A stretch of DNA of 64,000 bases from Eledone cirrhosa (taxonomy: Eukaryota). The translations under genes and the position numbers were made by a program. The stretch is taken from positions 55,738,001-55,802,000 of the forward strand of contig OZ024744.1 in the NCBI GenBank assembly GCA_964016885.1, given 5' to 3'. Below are positions 43,321-55,129 of the stretch, piece by piece; within the stretch, counting starts at the first letter, position 1; each line of letters starts with the position of its first letter. The notes under the pieces were generated by a model that was not told the origin of the DNA, did no database searches, and was given only the letters and a program-made list of their open reading frames with translations.

Positions 43321-44733
43321 ATGAATATCTCACTGACATCACACATTATCAAGGTCTTCAAAAGAATAGTTCGTGGAAAACTGGTTGAGTTCCTGGAATC
43401 CAACAATCTGATGAATTGCAATCAGCATGGATTCAGGTTAGGTAGATCATGTCTTTCCCAACTACTGGCACACCATGACCAAATCCTAGAAAATCTAGAG
43501 AATGGATACAACACAGATGTTATTTACCTCGACTTTGCCAAGGCATTTGACAAGGTAGATCATGGCATCCTGGGACACAAACTTCGAAAGTTAGGAGTAG
43601 GAGGAAAAGTTGGTACATGGATACATGAGTTCCTTACAAATAGAACTCAAACAGTCACTGTGAATGGAACCCATTCAACATCATCACCTGTGATCAGCAG
43701 TGTTCTTCAGAGTACAGTAATCGGCCCGATCCTGTTTCTCATCCTCATCTCTGACATAGATGAAGATACAACCAGCAACGTCTCATCCTTTGCTGATGAC
43801 ACCAGGGTCATGAGACAAATCAAAGACGAGGTGGATACAGAGGCCTTACAAAAGGACCTAACCACCATATACAAATGGCAGGAAACAAACAACATGTTGT
43901 TCAATGATAAGAAGTTTGAACTAATTCGCTACGGAACAGATCAAGACCTGAAAAATACAACAAACTACAGAAATCCATCAGGACAACAAATAATCGAAAA
44001 ACAGTGTGTGAAAGATTTAGGCATCCACATGGGAACCAGCCTAAAATTCAGAGAACACCTTGACTCAGTCTGTCTTACTGCAAGAAAGTACAGCGCGTGG
44101 ATCTTGCGCACCTTCAAATCAAGAGATACCTCAACAATGAAAACCCCCTGGAACAGTATGGTACTTCTGAGGATTGACTACTGTTCTCAGTTGAGGTCAC
44201 CAACAACAAAGGGCCAACTATCTAAGATGGAATCGCTCCAAAGAAATTTTACCTCATACTTATCAGAAACGAGGGACCTGGACTATTGGCAAAGAGTCAA
44301 AACCTTGAAGATGTACTCAATAGAAAGAAGATTTGAGCGATACCGAATTATATACATTTGGAAAATGATAGAGCAAAAGGTGCCAAACTTTAGTATCAAA
44401 ACCTACCACTCACTGCACTACGGAAGACGCTGCCAGCTACCACCAATCAACAAAAGGGCTGGCCAGGCAGCAAAAACCCTGTTGGTTCGAGGGGCACAAC
44501 TATTCAACTCCATTCCGGTACATGTCAGAAATCTATCAGGGTGCAGTGTGGAATCATTCAAATTGCAGCTGGATAGATACTTAAGCACCATTAGAGATGA
44601 ACCCCATCTCCCAGGATATACACAACGAGCACAAACTGACTCAAACTTGCTCCTACACATGTCAAAATTAAACAGAGAATCCAACCTGGCAACCACACCA
44701 GACTCTGAGGGTGGAGTTTTCGACTTGGCCTGA
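43321..44733 (+). CDS. CR1-group reverse transcriptase, uninterrupted 470-aa partial ORF2
   Basis: RT motifs in a single frame. The ATG comes from the flanking family A sequence, and VPQG is mutated to VLQS. Confidence 0.8.
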   Translation: MNISLTSHIIKVFKRIVRGKLVEFLESNNLMNCNQHGFRLGRSCLSQLLAHHDQILENLENGYNTDVIYLDFAKAFDKVDHGILGHKLRKLGVGGKVGTWIHEFLTNRTQTVTVNGTHSTSSPVISSVLQSTVIGPILFLILISDIDEDTTSNVSSFADDTRVMRQIKDEVDTEALQKDLTTIYKWQETNNMLFNDKKFELIRYGTDQDLKNTTNYRNPSGQQIIEKQCVKDLGIHMGTSLKFREHLDSVCLTARKYSAWILRTFKSRDTSTMKTPWNSMVLLRIDYCSQLRSPTTKGQLSKMESLQRNFTSYLSETRDLDYWQRVKTLKMYSIERRFERYRIIYIWKMIEQKVPNFSIKTYHSLHYGRRCQLPPINKRAGQAAKTLLVRGAQLFNSIPVHVRNLSGCSVESFKLQLDRYLSTIRDEPHLPGYTQRAQTDSNLLLHMSKLNRESNLATTPDSEGGVFDLA

Positions 44734-44760
44734 GCATGGATTCAAACTCAAATGAAATGA
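43330..44760 (+). mobile_element. CR1-group (CR1/L2-related) LINE, 5'-truncated
   Basis: ISLTSHIIKVF, NQHGFR.GRSCLSQLL, DVIYLDFAKAFDKVDH, SFADDT, VKDLGI, MYSIERR; short aaatg-type tail. Confidence 0.9.
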
Positions 44761-45029
44761 AAGCCACTACCTGCAGCCTCAGATATTCAGGACGTATCGG
44801 AGGGTTCTTGCTGTTCCCAGCAAGCATGCCTTTTGAAGTGTTCCAAAAAGCGGGGCGGGACCAATTTTCTTTAACCATCCTTGGAAACTCTTTGAGATAG
44901 TACCTAGTGCGCCTATGACAATCGGGACCACTTTGACTTCATGGCAGTTCCAAATCTTTTTTACCTCCCACTTTAAGTCCTGGTATCGGTTAATTTTCTC
45001 CCTCTCCTTCTCTTGCTATTATTATTATT

Positions 45030-45118
45030 AACTTTGCCTTTCATCCTTACGGGGTCGATAAAATAAAATACCAGTAATACACTGGGTAATTGCTGGCCTT
45101 GTGCCTAACGTAGAAACA

Positions 45119-45125
<7 letters not shown>
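45030..45125 (+). mobile_element. SINE-A 3' half
   Basis: actttgcctttcatccttacggggtcgataaa...gaaacaattattatt. Confidence 0.8.
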
Positions 45126-45158
<33 letters not shown>

Positions 45159-45160
<2 letters not shown>

Positions 45161-48090
45161 GTTGCATTTATCTTGCTTTATGTTCATACGAGTTATCACC
45201 AAGTCACAACCAGTGACCTCAAGAGACAACAAGGTCCACCATGTTCAAGAAAGAACATACATACACACACATGCATCTTTAGGTGTTTAGACTTGTGATG
45301 TACTTATATTGACAGAATCTTCCTTAGTATATGGGCAGTTCCCATTAGTACTATCTTTTGTATTTCTCCTATACGCGGGTTTCCTGGGATTTGCGATAAG
45401 TAATCATTAGACCCCTTAGGTATCATTCCTAGAGCGCCTACAACCACTGGTATTGTTTTAGTTCTCAATTTCTACATTTTTCCAATTTTTATCTCCAGGT
45501 CCTTATACTTGCTCAATTTTTCAAATGTTTTTATAGATACATTCTTGTCTATTAGAACGGACATATCAATTAGCAGGCATACCCTCTTTTTAAAGTACAT
45601 TAGTATTATATCAGGTCTATTTGCATCTATTTTTCGGTCTGTTTGGATGCTAAAGTTCGACAAGATTGAGATGTGATCTTTTTCAAGTACGGGAGGTGGT
45701 TGATGCTCCCACCAATTCTTTTGATGGGGCAGGTCAAAATGCTTACACATTATCCAATGTATGTATTGTGCAGCTCTGTCATGCCTGTTTAGGTATTAGG
45801 TTGGAGCTATAGGACTGCACATTGAAATTATATGGTCAATGGTCTCTGGTTGTTTTTTGCATACACGGCATAATGGGTTGCATTCATTTTTTATTATGTT
45901 GGCGTGGTAATTTTTTGTTCACAGACACTGATCTTGTGCTGATATAATCAGTCCTTCAGTCTCCGATTTCAGTCCAGAGGATGCCAACCACTGATGGGTT
46001 AAAGTTTTGTCAACATCAGGATTGTTAGCTCGCTCTGGGTATTTTCCATACAGAGGCTTTTCTTGCCATTTCTTAGCCAGTTTCTGTAGCAGTTCTTTCT
46101 TTGCAGTTACTTTTACCTGCTTTGCTTTTTCTGTGTTTTCCATTTCAGCAGTAAATGGGACTTCTGAAATTTGTAGTCCATTACTGTATCTTTGTGCATC
46201 TTTTGTAATGGAGTATGATCTTTTGATGCTTTCGTGTTTCAAAACGAGTTTGATCATCCAATCATGTGATTCCCTTAGATATGTAGATAATCCAATTGTT
46301 GCAGTTTTCAATGCAATATCTAACTGGATTAACCCACATCCTCCTTCTTTCCTAGGGAGATATATTCTATCCGTATCTGCCTTAGAGTGATGCATTCTGT
46401 GAATGGTTAAGAATTTTCTAATTTTTGTATCGAGCCTACGGATCTCTGTGCTTGACCAGTTGATGACATTGTAACTGTAGGTTACTACTGGTATGGCAAG
46501 TGTGTTTATAGCATCGATCCTATTCCTTGCATTTAATTCCGTTCTTAAGATTGCTCTTACTCTGCGGTAACATTCCTTCCTTATCCTTTCCCTCATTGTC
46601 GAGTGCTTGATTCTGTCTCCTTCACAAACACCTAGATATTTGTAAGTTTCCTCTTGATCAATTTCTCTTATCACATTCCCCCGATCAAGATTAATGTCTG
46701 AACTTTTCAGCAGCTTTCCTCTGGTGAACGTTGCTTTGGCACATTTATCTAGTCCAAACTCCATTTTAATGTCATCACTGAACTGCTTCACAGTGGATAA
46801 TAGCCCTTGCAATTCTTCATCATTTTTTGCAAATAGTTTCAGGTCATCCATGTAGAACAAGTGATTAATGGTTTTGTCATAGACTTTATATCCATGTTTT
46901 GTTTCTTTGAGCATTTTACTTAATGGTATAAGTGTGATGCAGAATAAAAGCGGTGATAAAGAGTCACCCTGAAAAATTCCACAATTAATATTAACTTCTC
47001 CAGCTACAAGTGATTTTTTTTCACTATTCAAACGTTTTCCATGTCTTCATACTGAATGACAGGAACCTCCTGACAACGGAAGATATTTTGAAAATCTCTA
47101 AACATTTTTCAATCCAACTGTGTGGCAAACTATCGAATGCTTTTTTATAATCTATCCAAGCAATTGATAGATTTTTGTGTCGGTTATGACAATTTTCCAG
47201 TATCATTTTGTTAACCAAAAGCTGATCCTTACAGCCATATGAGTCTCGTTTACACCTTTTCTGCTCAATGGGAAATAGGTCATTTGTTATCAGGTGGTCA
47301 TATGTATATTCAGTTAGGACTGATGTTAAAATTTTATACGTTGTGGTCAAGCAAGTTATCGGTCTGTAATTTTGGGGATTGTTTGTCTCATCATTCTTCG
47401 GAAGCAGGAATGTAATGCCGTTAACTAACCATGATGGTATCTTTTCTGGCTCCTTAACTATTTCATTGTAAAGTTGGGCTAACAGCTCATGAGACTCTGT
47501 GAAGGCATTTATCCAAAAATTTTGTATTTTGTCTTTTCCTGGGGATTTCCATTTGCTGGTTTTTCTTAGAGCCAAACGCAACTGTTCAACTGTTATATTT
47601 TCCCATATTTGTTCCTCAAGGTGAGCTGTATCTTTCATTTGTCTGTCTATCCATGGGGCATGTATATTATGAACTTTTTCTTCAGCCCAGATCTTTTCCC
47701 AGAATTCTTGCACTTCCTCCTTGGGTGGTATTGATTTAGCAGTTATTGTTGACTTGCCAATTTTTCTGTAGAAGTTTCTTTGGTTGTTTTTGAACATATT
47801 ATTGTCCTTATAGAATCTAGATCGTTTTTCAAAGCGTCTTATACGAGCAGCTTTGGCCGACACTTTTTGCTTGATTATTTCTATCAGCATGTCTATGTCA
47901 CTTGTTGATTTTATATTGTATTTCCTTTTCAATTTTCTAAGTTTAGTTTGTTTAACATGTTCACCTACTTTGTAGTTTGTTAAAATTTCTAATGTCAGAT
48001 CGGAGAAGGTTTATTTGGCGATTGATGTTCTCTTGCCAAGTAGATTTCTTGTGGGAATTCCTTTGTTTTTTCATTTTCACTCCACATAAG
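45159..48090 (-). mobile_element. R4/Dong-like RLE LINE family B, longest copy (B3), with frameshifts and stops
   Basis: ORFs 47024..47932 ([23 protein letters not shown]), 45919..47031 (QGDSLSP, YMDD) and 45472..45750 (RPD). Confidence 0.93.
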
Positions 48091-48120
48091 TGATTATTAT
48101 TATTATTAATTATTATTATT

Positions 48121-48673
48121 GTTCTTTGAGTCTCAGTCATTGATGTTAGTTAACTGGAAAGTTTGTTGAAATGAATATCAAGCCACTACCTGCAGCCTCA
48201 GATATTCAGGACATATCGGAGGGTTCTTGCTGTTCCCAGCAAGCATGTCTTTTGAAGCATTCCAAAAAGCGTGGCGGGGCCAATTTTCTTTAACCATCCC
48301 TGGAAACTTTTTAAGATAGTACCTAGTGCGCCTATGACAATCGGGACCACATGGCAGTTCCAAATCCTTTTTACCTCCCCCTTTAAGTCTTGGTATCGGT
48401 TAATTTTCTCCCTCTCCTTCTCTTGCACTCTCGTGTCGAATGGGCAGGCCACAATCTTTTTTCCTTGTCCAAAACCACCAGGTCAGGCCTATTGTGTTCC
48501 AGTTTCTTGTCCGTCTGTATCCTAAAATCCCACAGCATCTTCACCTGATCGTTTTCTATCACCGACTCTGGCTTATGCTCATACCACTTCTCAGAATGTG
48601 GTAAATTGTTTATTTTGCATAGGTGCCAGTGGATCACCCTGCCCATCACATCATGTCTCCAGCCTTTATAGTG
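48121..48673 (-). mobile_element. R4/Dong-like family A 3' fragment (A3)
   Basis: ORFs 48383..48790 and 48198..48452 (RPDLVVLD, VVPIVIGALG); (ATT)n flanks. Confidence 0.88.
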
Positions 48674-48716
<43 letters not shown>

Positions 48717-48717
<1 letters not shown>

Positions 48718-48882
48718 AGCTGCATTTATCTTGCTTTATGTTCATACGAGTTATCACCAAGTCACAACCAGTGACCTCAAGAGACAACAAGGTCCGCCAT
48801 GTTCAAGGAAGAACATACATACTCACACATGCATCTTTAGTGTTTAGACTTGTGATGTACTTATATTGACAGAATCTTCCTT

Positions 48883-48886
<4 letters not shown>
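48717..48886 (-). mobile_element. R4/Dong-like family B 3' end (B4)
   Basis: Matches 36154-36325. Confidence 0.85.
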
Positions 48887-48964
<78 letters not shown>

Positions 48965-48982
48965 TTATTTTATTTTATTATT

Positions 48983-49974
48983 GTTTCTGGATATATGCCG
49001 ATTATCTTCCTGACACCTAGGGCAAATAAATTCACAGTGTGCATTGGTAAGCCAGTTAATACAGCACATTAACTATAATAAAAAAAACTAAAAAAAAAAA
49101 CTGTATACATATATACACATGTGCATATGCATATGTAAATACAAGGAGGGATATCAATCTTACAGAGATAGTGCTCTTCTCAATACGTGTGCAGTACCAG
49201 TCAAAACAATTTTTTGCACCTCGTGCAGAGAGGGTAAACGAGGAATCATTCTCAAATATTGTTCTGTTCCTTTCTTGATCATTCCCAGTCCTCCCACAAT
49301 CACTGGTATTGTAATGGCTTTGAGGTGCCACATTTTCTCAATTTCAATAAGCAGATCTTTATATTTTCGTAGCTTGTCAAATTCTTTTGCTGCGATATTG
49401 TGATCACATGGGATGCTCATATCTCTCAATAAACAGACCTTGTTATGTTGATCTTTTATAATGATGTCAGGTCTATTTGCTTTTATGGTCCTGTCAGTAT
49501 GTACAGGAAAGTCTCAGAGAATTGTTACTTTTTCTCCTTCAGTTACAGCCTCAGGGTGGTGATTGTACCACTTGTCTTCAGCTTTGATTTTGTAATGCCG
49601 ACATATTACCCAGTGTAGATATTGGCCAACTCTGTCATGTCTATATTTGTACTCTACTGGGGCTAAAACTTTACATCCAGAGACTAAGGGATCCATTGTT
49701 TCAACCTCAGCATTGCAGAATCGGCACTTTGGGTTTATTCTGTTTCTCAACACATTGGCCTGATAATTACGAGTCAATAAGCTTTAATCTTGACAGCTAA
49801 GATGAAGCCTTCACTCTCCGCCTTTAGCCCTGAACTATGTAGCCACTGATGGGTGTGTTTTGGTCAACATCAGCTTGTTTGCTACGGCCCACATATTTGC
49901 CACACAGAGGTTTCTGCTCCCAATTTGATGCTAATTGTCCTTGCCCGTTTGCTTTTGCCAGTTGCAACAGTTTC

Positions 49975-49976
<2 letters not shown>
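48983..49976 (-). mobile_element. R4/Dong-like RLE LINE family C, 3' fragment
   Basis: ORFs 49514..49777 (CRFC..ET...VSGC, RHDRVG) and 49160..49429 (KLRKYKDL.IEI, IPVIVGGLG); flanked by ATT/GTT tracts. Confidence 0.85.
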
Positions 49977-50010
<34 letters not shown>

Positions 50011-50022
50011 GTTATTATTATT

Positions 50023-50765
50023 TGTAAACCTCTCATTAACTTGTTCAGGTTTCACCTGAAAAGGAACATCATTGTGGAAAGGGAAGTGCTGTTTTCCAGC
50101 CAGTTTGTTGAAAGGTGGGAGAGAGAGGCAAGAATGGCCCATGTGAATGGGCCTTCTCTGAGCATGTACTTGTAGTATTGTAGGAGGAAAATTGGGAGAG
50201 GGCGCTTGCCCTAACGATCAGGGTGACTGTGGCTTTTGTGGGGTTTCTCCGCGAGTAGCCTTCAGTAGTTTCCCCCCTATTGGGGATTTTTCCTTTGTTT
50301 CCATTTTTTGTTACATCTTTTTACACTTAGAAACCCATATTTGTACCGTCCTGTACCATCTTGTACTGTCTTTAATGTATTTTTCTAAACCCTTTGTAGT
50401 TAATAAAGAAATCATTGTTCAGGGAGGAAAGGGAAGTGCTCTCTTCCTAGCAATTTGTTGAAAGATGGGTGAGAGAGGCAAGCATTGCCTGAATGAATGG
50501 GCCTGTAGATTGGAGGTAGAAAACTGGGAGAGGACACTTTCCCTGGTAGTCAGGGTCACTGTGGCTTTTTTAATGGGCTTTCTCCACGAGTGTCCCTTGG
50601 AAGTCTCCCCCTATTTGGGAATTTTCCTTTGTTTCTTTTTTTATAATTTCCTTTGTTTCTTTTTTTATGATTTCCTTTGTTTTTTCTTTACACACAGAAA
50701 TGCCTATTTGTACCATCCTGTGCTGTCTTTAATGTTATACTTTATGTCAACCCTCATGATTAATA
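50023..50765 (+). mobile_element. Two diverged tandem Tx1/L1 3' fragments
   Basis: INLFRFHLKR.I.VER..L.SS.FVERW and a 3' UTR similar to 42825-43260, occurring twice. Confidence 0.75.
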
Positions 50766-50767
50766 AG

Positions 50768-51290
50768 GATGGATTTGGCAGTATCGGTAGAGAATCGGAC
50801 ACCATGCTTTGCAGCATAGAGTTACGGTCCTTTACAGTCTGAGTTCAAATCCTGCCGAGGTTAACTTTGCCTTTCATCCTTACGGGATTGATAAAATAAA
50901 GCACCAGTAACATACTGGGGTCGATTTAATCAACTTTCCCCTCCCCCAAAATTACTGGCCATGTGCCTATATAAGAAACCATTTGGATTGGCAGTATCGG
51001 TAGAGGGTTGGACGCCATGCTTTCCAGCATAGTTACGTCCCTTTACGATCTGAGTTCAAATCCCGCCGAGGTTGACTTTGCCTTTCATCCTTACGGGGTC
51101 GATAAAATAAAGTACCAGTAATGCACTGGGTATTTGCTGGCCTTGTGCCTAAAGTAGAAACAATTATTATTAACCTTACCTTTCATCTTTGCAGGGTTGA
51201 TTAAATAAAGTACCAGTTCCACACTGAGGTTGATTTAATCAAATTGCTGGTCTTGTCCCAAATGTAGAAGCAACTATTATTGTTATTATT
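50768..51290 (+). mobile_element. Cluster of SINE-A copies (two full length, one 3' fragment)
   Basis: TGGCAGTATCGG...GAGTTCAAATCC at about 50776 and 50989; fragment from about 51172. Confidence 0.85.
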
Positions 51291-51602
51291 GGGAGGGTCC
51301 AAGGGAAGCAGAGTTCTCAAGCACACCTTCTTTGAAATGTAAATAATAAATATCTGTACTAGAACACAGTTTATACTTGAAGGTTTAGAGTAAACTTAAG
51401 GTAGATATAACTAATATTTTTGTAATTTGATGTGAATAGAATAAACAGCAAAGTGTAAATACTTTCAAATATTTATGCATGTGTGTTATGTATTGAACAA
51501 TGAAAATAAAACAAAAGTCGAGGATAGGCTTAATTAGTTCATTGTTTTGGGGCCCCACCACAAACAGATGGATACAAGTATATATATGTATATATATATA
51601 TA

Positions 51603-52312
51603 TTTCACATTGCTCCAGTTTACTGAGTTGTAGAAATGAGATGATAGGACTGGGGTCCCTATCATTCCACTGCAAAGTGGTTGCGGAGGTGCCATGGCAA
51701 AAAAGCACCCAGCCCACACTGTAAAGTGGACGTGTAAGCGCCATGGAAAAAAAGCACATGGCACTTACTGTAAATGAGGTTGGTGTTAGGAAGGGCATCC
51801 AGCTGTAGAAATCAAGCCAGAATCAGTTCCGTCCCACCCTTGCAAGCAGGGAAAAAGCAGACGTAAAATGATGATGATATATATACATTTTTTGCTGTAA
51901 GCTGGGTATTGTGTGGCCAACTGGCCAGACCCTCCTCATAACAGTGCCACCCAGTTCCTCACTGTAAACGTGGTTGGTATTAGAAAGGGCATTCAGCAGC
52001 TGTAAAAACCCAACCAACACACAGTCCCAATATGTGCAAGGTATGGTGCGGTCATTTGGCCAGACTTGACTCATATCAGGACCATCCAGTTCCACACTGT
52101 AAACGTGGTTGATGTTAAGGAGGGCATCCAGTTCCACACTGTAAACGTGGTTGATGTTAAGGAGGGCATCCAGTTACAAAAATCCCAGCCAAACTACAGT
52201 TCCGTTTGAGCAAGGTACAGAGCAGCCAACTGGCCAGACTTGTCTCATAATGTGGCTGACCTCTCTAACCCATGCAAGCATGGAAATAGATGTTAAATGG
52301 TAATGATAGTGA
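51603..52312 (+). mobile_element. 5'-truncated SINE-B copy followed by related degenerate 3' pieces
   Basis: 51620-51876 matches the reverse complement of 59812-60030; aagggcatccag...gatgat blocks follow. Confidence 0.7.
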
Positions 52313-52562
52313 TGATATATATATATATATGAAATAAACGTCAAGACAGATGTTACATAATTGTATTTATTGGTGGCATGGATTGGATTAAACCTTTTGA
52401 ATTGATGTTTTGCAGCTGGATACTCCTTTAGTTACTTCTCATGAGACAAGGATATTGTGTATCTATTTTAACCCAGTAAAGAAAAAAATGGACGTTAAAT
52501 GTTGATGATGATGATATATATAACAGATGTCAAAAGGTGATTTTTTTAAATATATATATATA

Positions 52563-53032
52563 TCATCATTATCATCAACATCATCATTATTACCGTTTAA
52601 CGTTCATTTTTCTACGTTAGCATGGGTTAAACGCATTGTCCTGTTGTGAGTCAAGCCATATCATGTGACCATGTCCTCCTCATATAGAATTGATTTTAGC
52701 TTGGTTTCTGCAACTGGATGCCCTCCCTAATGCCAACACATTTACAGTGTTTACTGGGTGCTTTTTGTCATGACACCTACATGACCACCTTACTTTGCCT
52801 TTCATGTATATTACTATTACACATCCACTGAGGCATGGAAGCTTCATTTCTTTCTACTGAAGCATGGAAGCTTCATTTCTTTTTAATCTTTGCAAGTCTT
52901 CTGCACATAGAGCCCAGGTCTCACTACCATGTACCATTGCTGTTCATATATATGCATCATACAATATGCTCTTCATTTTGAGGGAAAAACCTTTTGTAGC
53001 TAACTGCAGTAGTAGCTCCCTGAACTTTTTCC
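52563..53032 (-). mobile_element. Degenerate SINE 3' part plus RTE-1 fragment
   Basis: ctggatgccctccctaatgccaac; the minus strand encodes YDAYI.TAMVHGSETWALCAED. Confidence 0.7.
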
Positions 53033-53049
53033 ATTATCATTATATTTTT

Positions 53050-55122
53050 ACATCCACTGTTCCAGAGTGTGACCTGGTGGTGGAACAGCACAGTAGATAA
53101 GGCCATTAGAGACAAAAGACTAGCATGGAAGGCTTGGAAAAAGGGTGGGAGTAGGGAAGGATATACAGTTGCTAAGAGAGAAGCTAGACGTCAGGTGTAC
53201 TTAGCACGCAGGGAGGCTGAGAGTGGGAGGTTTGCCAATGTTCTGCGACGGGAAGATCAGAGGTGTGCGGTGTTCCACATTTCAAGGCAGTGTGTCAATG
53301 CAAATCAGGATGTTGTTGGAAATATCATTATGAGAGACTGATGAATTTGGAGAACGAATGGGAGAGAGAGAAATTACCCTCAGTAGATCCGACAGAGGGA
53401 CCAGCTATTGAGATTGACGAATATAAGGTCCAAGAGGTGATTAAGGAAATAAAAAATGGTAAGGCTGCTGGACCATCGGGGATAGTTGCTGAGATGCTGA
53501 AGGCATCAGGGGACGTAGGCACTAAACTGGTTGCACACATCATCAATCAGGCTATATATGGTGGTGTCATACCCAAAGACTGGTGCAGCAGTATTCTCAT
53601 AGATTGCTACAAAGGTAAAGGGGATGCTCTGGAGAGGAGCAATTATAGGGGTATAAAACTGATAGATCAGTTTATGAAAGTGGCAGAAAGGATATTAGCA
53701 CAACTAATTAGAGAAAGGGTCAAATAGATGAGATGCAGTTTGGTTTTGTGCCTGGGAAGAGTACAACAGATGCCCTCTTCTTGGTGAGACAATTACAAGA
53801 GGGGTTCTTAGAGAAAAAAAAAATAAGCCACTATACTTAGCCTTTGTTGACCTAGAGAAGGCCTTTGATAGGGTACCCCGATCTGTCATCTGGTGGTCCC
53901 TAAGGAAACTAGGTGTTGAGGAATGGCTTGTGAGGACAGTGCAAACTTTGTACAGAGGTACTGTCAGTAAAGTCAAAGTACGAATGGAGTTTAGTAAGGA
54001 ATTCCAGGTACAAGTAGGAGTACATCAAGGTTCGGTCCTCAGTCTGCTCTTGCTCATTATAGTCCTCCAAGCCATAATAGAGGAGTTTAAGACTGGCTGT
54101 CCATGGGAACTTCTCTATGCTGATGATCTGGTTCTTATAGCAGAATCAGTAGAAGAACTAGAGAATAAATTCTGGCTATGGAAACAGCAGTTGGAAGCAA
54201 GAGGACTGAGAGTGAACCTAGCTAAGACAAAAGTGTTGATGAGTAGAAAAGAGGACAAAACTCTGATTCCGCCAGGGAAATGGCCATGTTCAATATGCAG
54301 AAAAGGAACTGGCATAAATTCTATAAAATGCACACAATGCAGATCCTGGGTACATAAGAGATGTAGCGGGATAGCAGGCAAACTAACAGGTAGGGAGAAA
54401 TACGTATGCAGTAGACGTACAGGGAAATTAGACAGTAGAAGTCGCATTGATAGACACATTTTTCCAATGCAGGCGGGTGCTTTAGAAGTGGTGGATAGCT
54501 TCTGGTACATAGGAGATCAGATTAGCATGGGAGGGGGGGAGGGGGTTTCCAAGGCCATAGTATCTAGAATAAGGGCGGGTTGGAAGAAGTTTAGGGAGCT
54601 GCTTCCTCTGCTGACGAAGAAGGTTTTCTCCCTGCGTACGAAAGGCCGGTTATATGATACCTGTGTGAGGAGCGCGATGCTGCATGGTAGTGAGACATGG
54701 GCAGCAACTGCAGAGGATATGCGACGGCTGGAGAGAAATGAGGCAAGCATGCTCCGTTGGATGTGCAATGTCAATGTGTGAGCATGACCCAGCATGAATA
54801 TGTTGAGAGAGAAACTGTGTCTGAGAGGGATAGAATGTAGTGTGCAGGAGAGGAGACTGAGGTGGTATGGACATGTGATGTGCAGGGAGGATGACCGATG
54901 GGTGAAGAAGTGCCAGGAAATGCCAGTTGAAGGAAGACGTGGCAGAGGTAGACCACGAAAAACATGGGCGGAGGTGGTGAGAACAGACCGCAGACTGCTG
55001 AAGCTCACGGTGGAGATGACGAAGGACCGTGACAAGTGGAGAGATGCTGAATAAGACCCGTCCCACCCTTGCAAGCAGGGAAAAGTGGACGTAAAATGAT
55101 GATGATGATGATGATGATGATG
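53050..55122 (+). mobile_element. RTE-clade LINE (family RTE-2), RT with PHD insert, frameshifted
   Basis: TWWWN, GKAAGPSGI, KGKGD, FVDLEKAFDRVP, GVHQGS, LLYADDL, C4HC3-like finger, RRLRWYGHV; (GAT)n tail. Confidence 0.92.
53930..54781 (+). pseudogene. RTE reverse transcriptase fragment with embedded PHD-type zinc finger
   Basis: 283-aa ORF: GVHQGS, YADD, CSIC..CTQC..WVHKRC..CSRR, WYIGD. Confidence 0.8.
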
Positions 55123-55129
55123 TTCCATG

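Larger units (their letters stand above)
43271..45017 (-). mobile_element. R4/Dong-like family A 3' fragment (A2), split by a CR1-group insertion
   Basis: 43271-43329 and 44761-45017 join to match 35237-35550 and 48121-48426. Confidence 0.85.

Noticed and set aside
43790-43800. Other CTGATGA matches as hammerheads (also near 54120, 60500, 60757)
   Set aside because: They are RT ADD codons or lack a downstream GAAA with closing stems.
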